A DNA stretch of 64,000 nucleotides, taken from Chrysomallon squamiferum. Taxonomy: Eukaryota > Animalia > Mollusca. Made by a program: the position numbers and the translations under genes. The notes beneath the pieces were generated by a model, which did no database searches, was not told where the DNA came from, and saw only the letters and a list, made by a program, of their open reading frames with translations. Positions 56,995 to 64,000 of this stretch are shown here, in pieces. The first letter of the stretch is position 1, and each line of letters opens with the position of its first letter. The stretch is from assembly GCA_012295275.1 (NCBI GenBank), contig CM022669.1:3782001-3846000 (forward strand), written 5' to 3'.

Positions 56995-57814
56995 GAAGAA
57001 ACCATACTTGTACACAAAGATATACACACACATATAAACAAAAACGTATACAAACCCACACATATGAACTCACAAAAATATTCACACAAATACATATAAA
57101 CACACACACACATACATACTCATACATACGCAACTCAAACACCCACATACATAACTCCATACAAAAAAACTCACACTCACACGCACACGCACACATATAC
57201 CTTCACACTAGCAAAGAACTTTTCACACGCACATACATTTACGCACACAAACATACATAGATCCATACTCACAAACATACACAAAACGCACTGAAATACG
57301 CACTCACACTCACACGCACAGGCATACACATACACACAAATACACATATACGAAAATAAGCACACACGGACATATAATGAATATTTGAATATATCCTTTC
57401 ACACATTAACATTCTATTCTAATATAGCATCTTTATCCTACTTTTTTCCCTGTATAATTTTTCTTTCTAAAATATCATTTCGGTTATTATATGAAACGTA
57501 TCTTTTTACAATTTCCTTTCTATTCTCTGCAAGTTTCAGCAACACGCCGCTATCTGTTAATTATTTACTTAATTTTTAATCTTCTGCTCTGAGGCTGTGT
57601 TGTAACATACTGGCAATGTTTCCTGACATTCGGCCCGCTTAGAGCGATGATTTTCGTCAGTTCTGTCATCTCTTGGGAGAAAATTATCTGTCATCAGTAT
57701 TTGCTCGTCTGACATTTGTCTAACTGAAGATTCCATGATTTATTGCTCCATCGGTTTACAGAAAGCTGATAATCTGAATCTCTCCGATACGCCGAACAAG
57801 AAATAATGAAGCAT

Positions 57815-58360
57815 AATAGTTTATTATTTTCACTGCTTACTTAGATGCGTAGTTAAAGAGTCTATTATTTCAGCCTTTGTTTAGATACGCACTAAACTAC
57901 TTTATTCTTTTACTGCTTGTTCAGATGCGTATTTTATAGTTTATTATTTTGTATGTTTGTTTAGATACATATTTTATCATTTATTATTTTGCACTGTTTG
58001 TTTAGATACATATTTAATGGTTTATTATTTTTATTTGTTCTTTAGATACTGAGTAAACTATTTTATTATTTTACTGCAAATTTAGATAGTGTTTTATAGT
58101 TTATTATTTTACTGCTTGTTTAGATACGTCTTTTACAATTTATTGTTTTACTCCTTGCATAGAGACCTATTCTCTAGTTTATTATTTTAATTTGTTGTTT
58201 AGATACGTATTCAGTAGGTTATTATTCTTACTGTTTCTTTAGATACGCATTTTATCATTTATTATTTTTGCTGCACGTTAAGATACGTAGCGCATTGTTT
58301 ATTATTTTTATTGTTTAGATACATATTTTATAGGTTATTATTTTTAGTGCATATTTAGAA
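57815..58360. repeat. Degenerate ~40-bp tandem repeat, ~13 copies
   Basis: Recurring TTTATTATTTT...TGTTTAGATAC... about every 40 nt. Confidence 0.85.
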
Positions 58361-59475
58361 AAGTTTTTGTTTAAATGATATTAATTTAAAGAGGTCGTTA
58401 CAGCTATTTTCATTTTTTTTCTCTTCTTTTTCTTTGTTAAGAAAACGTTCTCTAGTTCTCTACGTATTTTTTATCAACATTTGTTTAGATACAACGATAA
58501 TTTTAATTATATATGAATGAATATTTTTTAATCTTTTTATTATTATTTCTGTCTAGCTAGATTTGTCAAATATGATTTTGTTTTTATGGATAGATTTGTT
58601 GTTCAGATATTTTTTTTTTTTTTATTCATGTCATTAAATTGGTTTTTATTATTGTTTCTATGATCAGGTTATTTAGATGGATATATTATTCATTCATTTT
58701 AAGAGGCTAAATCAGGTGTTTGTGACTATTCGTCATTTTCATTAAGTCTATAGATATATTTACTGATAATTATTTTATTTTACAGGGTTGAAAATATTAT
58801 TACAGTTTTCTTATATTCGATAATTTGTATGATTATTTTATTATCATTATTATTATTATTATTATTTATTTTGACAGATATGTTTTCTATTATTATTTAA
58901 GTGGACAACTTGTTCCTGCTTACTTTATTTGGACAGATCTGTTAATTCTGTTGTTTTAGTTCATTCGTTGAAGCTGTTGTTTATAACAGTTTGCTGTTTT
59001 AGAACTGTAATTTGTTATTTTATTTCAATTTTATTTAAATTTGCTGTTTACCCAGTGCTATGGGAATGCTAATTCAGTTATTTCAGGTTATACGTTCCTC
59101 GGAAACATGCTTGTACACAGTCAGTTTATAACAGATAAAGTCAATACCTTTGTACGAATGAAGCTATTTTTAGACAAATACTGTCAGCTGCAGATATCTC
59201 GCTCATTGGATTGTGTCTTTTGTTACCTTTGCAGGATTCAAAGCAATCTTTGAATATTCAAGTCAGAAACTGCTGAATCTGTTAAGATTTTTTTCTATGT
59301 TGTATGATAGGTAATAGCCATGCAGTGAATTTCAAAATGTGTAATAATACGGTTTTTATGATAATTCTGTATAGATAGTATCCATAGATGAGATAAAATA
59401 TTGCTTGAAAAAAGAATTGGCTTGGCGCACAATAAAATATGCATTCCTAATGTATGATACTGTGAATATTCTTTA

Positions 59476-59535
<60 letters not shown>

Positions 59536-59618
59536 CAGAAGAAGAAGAAGAAGAAGAAGTAAATTTTGAAGAAAGATATATAAGAAAACAACAACAACAA
59601 CAAAAAAAATAATAATAT

Positions 59619-59673
<55 letters not shown>

Positions 59674-59921
59674 AAATTAATACATATATCTACCAGAGTA
59701 TTACATGTTGGTGATCTGCAAAGATTTAAATCAGATTGGAAAGGTTTATTTGGCAGAAACAAAAAAGTCGAATTATTTTATTTTCTATCATAAAATTACA
59801 CTGACGTTTTTAACTGATAATGGCTTACTATAGTATATGTATCATTTTAACTTTCTACAATTGAATTTTTTTTTTTTTTTTATAGCCTATTACGTCGACA
59901 GTTGTGTTTTGCGTTTATTTC

Positions 59922-59967
<46 letters not shown>

Positions 59968-61054
59968 TTTTTATTTTTATTATTTTATTTTATTTTTGTT
60001 TTTGTTTTTAATTTATTTTTTTCTTATCCATCTTTCTTGAAAATTCATTAGCGAAACAATGTTTTATTTCAAAACGTTCATCCGCTGTTTTGAAGAATCA
60101 ACAAGGACGTTTCCCACTAACACTGTAGGCTGCTCTGTTGTTCTGACCCTGCATAAAGACAAACCCAGACGACGAGGCTCGTGTGCCCAAGTCAGACACG
60201 GTTTCACTTTCAGCGGATGTAAACAGATTGCAGATTTTGGACTCAGCGACTGATAAATGAATAATGTATAGACGTAACGTGAATAGAGGGTATAAACAAG
60301 GTTTATATAACCGTAGACTAAAAAAAAAAGTTTTAAGTGCGTCATTAAATGAAATATTTCTTCCTTCCTGCTCTAAGACTTTGTAAAAAAAAATAATTAA
60401 TATTAAAGTGTACTGACATTTGGTTAATCAAATATTACTTTATTCTTTTACTGCATGGACAAAGTAGTGTAAGTAATTTAACTTTCGTTACATATATTAT
60501 TATTATTATTTTAAATATACTTACATATTTACAAAAATTAAAACAGAAACATCGTAATAACAAACAATATCTGCAGAATAACAGTTTATTACTCTGAATT
60601 TGTAACATTATTATACTTTTATAATTGTTATTATTTTTCTTCTTTTTTTTTCTTCAGTAAATCAAACAAAACCATACTGTAACTAGCTGTGAGAGATTTT
60701 CACGTTCCCTCTTGCAAATTTCTCGGTGTGTATGTGTTTTTGCCTGTGTGTGTGTGTGTGTATGAGTGCGTTTGTTCTTTCGAGTTAATTTTGTGTGTGT
60801 GTGTGTGTGTTTGTGTGCATGTGTGTGTAAAACATCTGTTAAGTATAGAGAATGTATATGTAATATAAATATTTTCATATAACATTCAAACAATACCAAT
60901 TATCACAACATGTTGTCTAACTCACAGTGACGCGTATAAATACTCGTATCTACAAAAATCTTTTTTCTGAGGTAAATGTGCGATAAAAATATCAAACCGT
61001 TTCAAAACAGTCACAGTCAAATAACAAGCAGTCGTTAACCACTCATATTTATAT

Positions 61055-61500
61055 TTCAGTGAATCGTTTAGTCAAGTGTATATTTAAACAATGCAGTTGT
61101 TCACCAGACCTGTGTATATTTAAAATAAACAGCTGTTTATTAGCTTAACTGAAACAGTTATTCACCAGCCGCTTCTCTATTTAAAAGACGCAGTTTGTTC
61201 ACCAGCGATTTTTCTATTTAAAAGAAATAGTTGTTCACCATGGGCATCTCTGTTTAGACGAAGCAGATATTCACCAGATGTCTATTTAAAAGAAAGAGTT
61301 GTTCATCAATACTGTCTATTTATATGAAGCAGATGTTCGCCAGAGAAGTGTCTACTTAAACGAAGATGTTCACCAGACGAATGTCTATTTAAACGAAACG
61401 GGCGTTCACCAGACAAGTGTCTATTTCAACAAAGCCGTTGTTCACAAGACTCATGTCTGTTTACATGAAGGAACTGTTCAGGGTCATTTGTCTGTTTAAA
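61055..61500. repeat. Degenerate ~35-37-bp tandem repeat directly downstream of the gene C stop codon
   Basis: Recurring GTTCACCAG...GTCTATTTAAA.GAA.CAG motif, about 11-12 copies. Confidence 0.85.
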
Positions 61501-61522
61501 AAAAAAGAAAGACAGACTCGTA

Positions 61523-61708
61523 TCACCTTGCTGAGTACGCAGTGTAACAGCTGTCCTTGAAGTCAACAGCAGTGAGCGGTTGTTTGTCGTCGTAGAGAGT
61601 GGGAGCCTGCAGAATGATTCCAAACGTGCCCACGACACAAGCCGTGGTGAAGATCCATAGAAACAGTCTATCTAAAACCATGGCAACATATTTCCAGTCT
61701 TCTTCAAT
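61523..61708 (-). CDS. Gene C last coding exon (M4)
   Basis: TTTCAG acceptor; [61 protein letters not shown], then TGA. Same length (186 nt) as the gene B last exon. Confidence 0.96.
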   Translation of the reverse strand: MEEDWKYVAMVLDRLFLWIFTTACVVGTFGIILQAPTLYDDKQPLTAVDFKDSCYTAYSAR

Positions 61709-62078
61709 CTGAAATTAAAAAAAAAGAAGAAAAAAGAACTGATTACGATGATGCTGTTGATGGTGATAACAACGATACTGATGATAATGATTTAGACAAT
61801 GATATTAAAAATGGTAGTGAAGGCGATAATGATATATGGAATAATGAATGAATGAATGAATGAACATATAATAGGACTTATAACAATGGTGATGATAAAT
61901 AACAATAGTAATGATTCTAATAAGTAAATAATTGAATACACAAACAAACAAAAGAATAAATAAACAAATAAATAACTAATTAACTAACTAAATAAATAAT
62001 GTATACTTTACGATTTAATTAACTATAGATATTTAAATTAAAATATATATATGAAAAATAAAAACGAAAGAAACTGAC

Positions 62079-63072
62079 TGATTGTGTCAAATCTTCAAAC
62101 TTCATGTGTTCGGCTATAAAGCTGATGGCCTCTAAAGCATCCTGTACTTCTTTGCAGAACTTTGAAGGTGTGGGCGTGGCCATTTCCTGCTCCACGTGCA
62201 ACAGTTCACACCTGAGCGTGGAATTATAGTCTGGAAGATCCGTAACGTTTATATTTCTCATGTCCTGCCCCCCGTCGCGCATTTTCATACCGTTACAGTT
62301 TCTCATGGGAATCTTATAGTTGAGTTCTGAGGGTTGGTGCGGCCGGCGCATCACCAACAACTTTGGAAAAACGGTGAGAAACACCCGCCTCACCCATGAC
62401 GACATGCAGTGGGTAGTGGGAGACCTGTAGTGGACGTTCAGCACGATGACGGTGACGATGATGGACAGCGTGACGAGGATGATGGTGAAGAGGAGGTATT
62501 TGCCGATGAGAGGGACCACGATCGACGTGGGTGGAATTATCTCCGTCAGCAGCAGCAGGAAGATGATGAGCGTGAGGAGGATGGAGATGCACAGCGTGGT
62601 TTTCTCGCCCGAGTCGGACGGGAGGTAGAAGACGAGGATGGTGATGAACGAGATGGCCACGCAGGGAATGATCAGGTTCACCGTGTGGAACAGCGTCTTC
62701 CTCCTGATGGTCACCATGAAGGTTATGTCGGGAAACGTCGAGTTGTCCAGAGGGTCGATTCTCGTGTTCTTCTGGGCATTCACTTCCAGGATATCCCATT
62801 CCAGACTCGGGTAGAAGTCTCGCAGGTCGACTCCGCTGCGAATGTAGACGTTAGGCTCGTTTGTTGGAGCGCACGTGTGGACGAGGTCCACCTGGTCGCC
62901 CTCGTACGTCCACGAGCCGAACTTCAGCTGACACGTCTGAACGTCAAAGGGGAAATATTCCACGTCGATTGGACAAGAACTTTTGAAGATGGCGGGCGGT
63001 TCCCACACAACCAGCCCCGTGTAGTGTAAAGTCGCTTTTGTTGTCAAGGTTACCTCGAAGTTGCCGTCAGCA
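62079..63072 (-). CDS. Gene C large exon: alpha-derived nAChR subunit lacking the loop-C vicinal cysteines (5' exons beyond the window end)
   Basis: ATTTCAG acceptor, GTCAGT donor; [13 protein letters not shown]...[15 protein letters not shown]...[14 protein letters not shown]...[14 protein letters not shown]...EDLTQS. Open frame; close paralog of gene B. Confidence 0.96.
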
Positions 63073-63638
63073 CTGAAATGTAATTGTTACAACACAAGTA
63101 TAAAACACGAGTGTGAAAATATAGCTACTGTCATTATTTTGAAGATGATACATTCCAGCATTTAATATATAAAGATAAACACCAAACAAGAACACAACTT
63201 TTCCTAATAAATTATTTTTTAAATAACATAGTTCGCCTCCATGAACTAGATTTATAACAACTAAAAACCCCAAGATTTATACAGTAAATAACTGAAAAAA
63301 AGCCTCATACAGCTGACCCATTCAAATTATTTTAGTAGATAATAAAAAATAAAAAATAAATATTTTAAATAGTTATCTCTATAAAGTGTTAGTTACGTAT
63401 TAGAAAATTTAGCTAATGTATTAAAAGTTTTCATTTACGTATTGTATTAATACTTTTCATAGAGAAAACGCAATTTACACATTTCATATAGATGACGTGT
63501 TAACATTTTTCATACAGGCAATCTACCAATACTTTCTGCATAGGGAAAGTACTTTCCGTACAGATAATATAGTCAAAGTTCAATGCGTAATGCATTTGGA
63601 CCATTTATTATATAATCAGTCAAAGATAATTTCAAACG

Positions 63639-64000
63639 ATCGTGTCACAGAATAAACTCCTAACAAACACTTGTTTTTGTAATCATTTCAGTTCTTTATT
63701 GTCTTTCACGATGTTTTACTTACTTGTTGAAAAGAACAATATCGTGTGACAGAATAAACTCCTAACAAACACTTGTTTTTGTAATTATTACGATTCTTTA
63801 CTGTCTTTCACGGTGTTTTACTTACTTGTTGAAAAGAACAATATCGTGTGACAGAATAAACTCCTAACAAACACTTGTTTTTGTGATCATTACGACTCTT
63901 TACTGTCTTTCACGGTGTTTTACTTACTTGTTGAAAAGAACAATATCGTGTGACAGAATAAACTCCTAACAAACACTTGTTTTTGTGATCATTACGACTG
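63639..64000. repeat. 102-bp tandem repeat (at least 3.5 copies, runs off the window) containing a duplicated exon end and splice donor of gene C
   Basis: ATCGTGT.ACAGAATAAACTCC at 63639, 63741, 63843 and 63945. The minus strand of each full unit reads GAT ATT GTT CTT TTC AAC AA|GTAAGT. Confidence 0.93.

Noticed and set aside
61055-61500. ~36-bp periodic repeat and ORF 61299-61499 as CRISPR or a repeat protein
   Set aside because: Degenerate head-to-tail tandem repeat without spacers; the ORF has no splice or homology support and lies antisense to the gene C 3'UTR.
62314-63029. Overlapping ORFs of 206 aa (+) and 161 aa (-), and similar ones at 25056-25755 and 51049-52182
   Set aside because: Shadow or alternate-frame ORFs caused by high GC3 in the nAChR large exons; no recognisable motifs.
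61523-63072. Gene C as a cephalopod chemotactile receptor ortholog or an anion-selective nAChR
   Set aside because: It is very close to canonical gene B, keeps a long intracellular loop and the cation-type GEK motif (no PAR-type motif); the similarity to chemotactile receptors is only by analogy.

Overview
AT-rich, microsatellite-dense eukaryotic genomic DNA, probably molluscan. The gastropod assignment is an inference from recalled SINE resemblance. The window holds four intron-containing genes. (1) The first four coding exons of SLC25A46 on the minus strand (429-2099), continuing beyond the left edge. (2) A complete non-alpha, insect-beta1-like nicotinic acetylcholine receptor (nAChR) subunit on the plus strand (gene A). 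It has two apparent alternative signal-peptide first exons (6777 plus a 45-nt microexon at 13161, or 16521) and five shared exons ending at 28256. (3) A complete canonical nAChR alpha subunit with loop-C YPCC on the plus strand (gene B, 40722-53096, 518 aa). (4) The 3' part of a convergent sister paralog of gene B on the minus strand (gene C, 61523-63072). Gene C has lost the loop-C Tyr/Cys-Cys/Tyr residues and apparently the loop-A Tyr, and has gained an N-glycosylation sequon in loop C. The rest is a decayed L2/CR1-group LINE 3' end, SINE remnants, a ~350-bp foldback inverted repeat, several minisatellites (one built from a duplicated exon end plus splice donor) and many microsatellites. Nearly all other ORFs in the track are microsatellite or antisense-shadow artefacts. 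All exon models were read by hand from GT-AG sites and reading frame; no transcript data were available.
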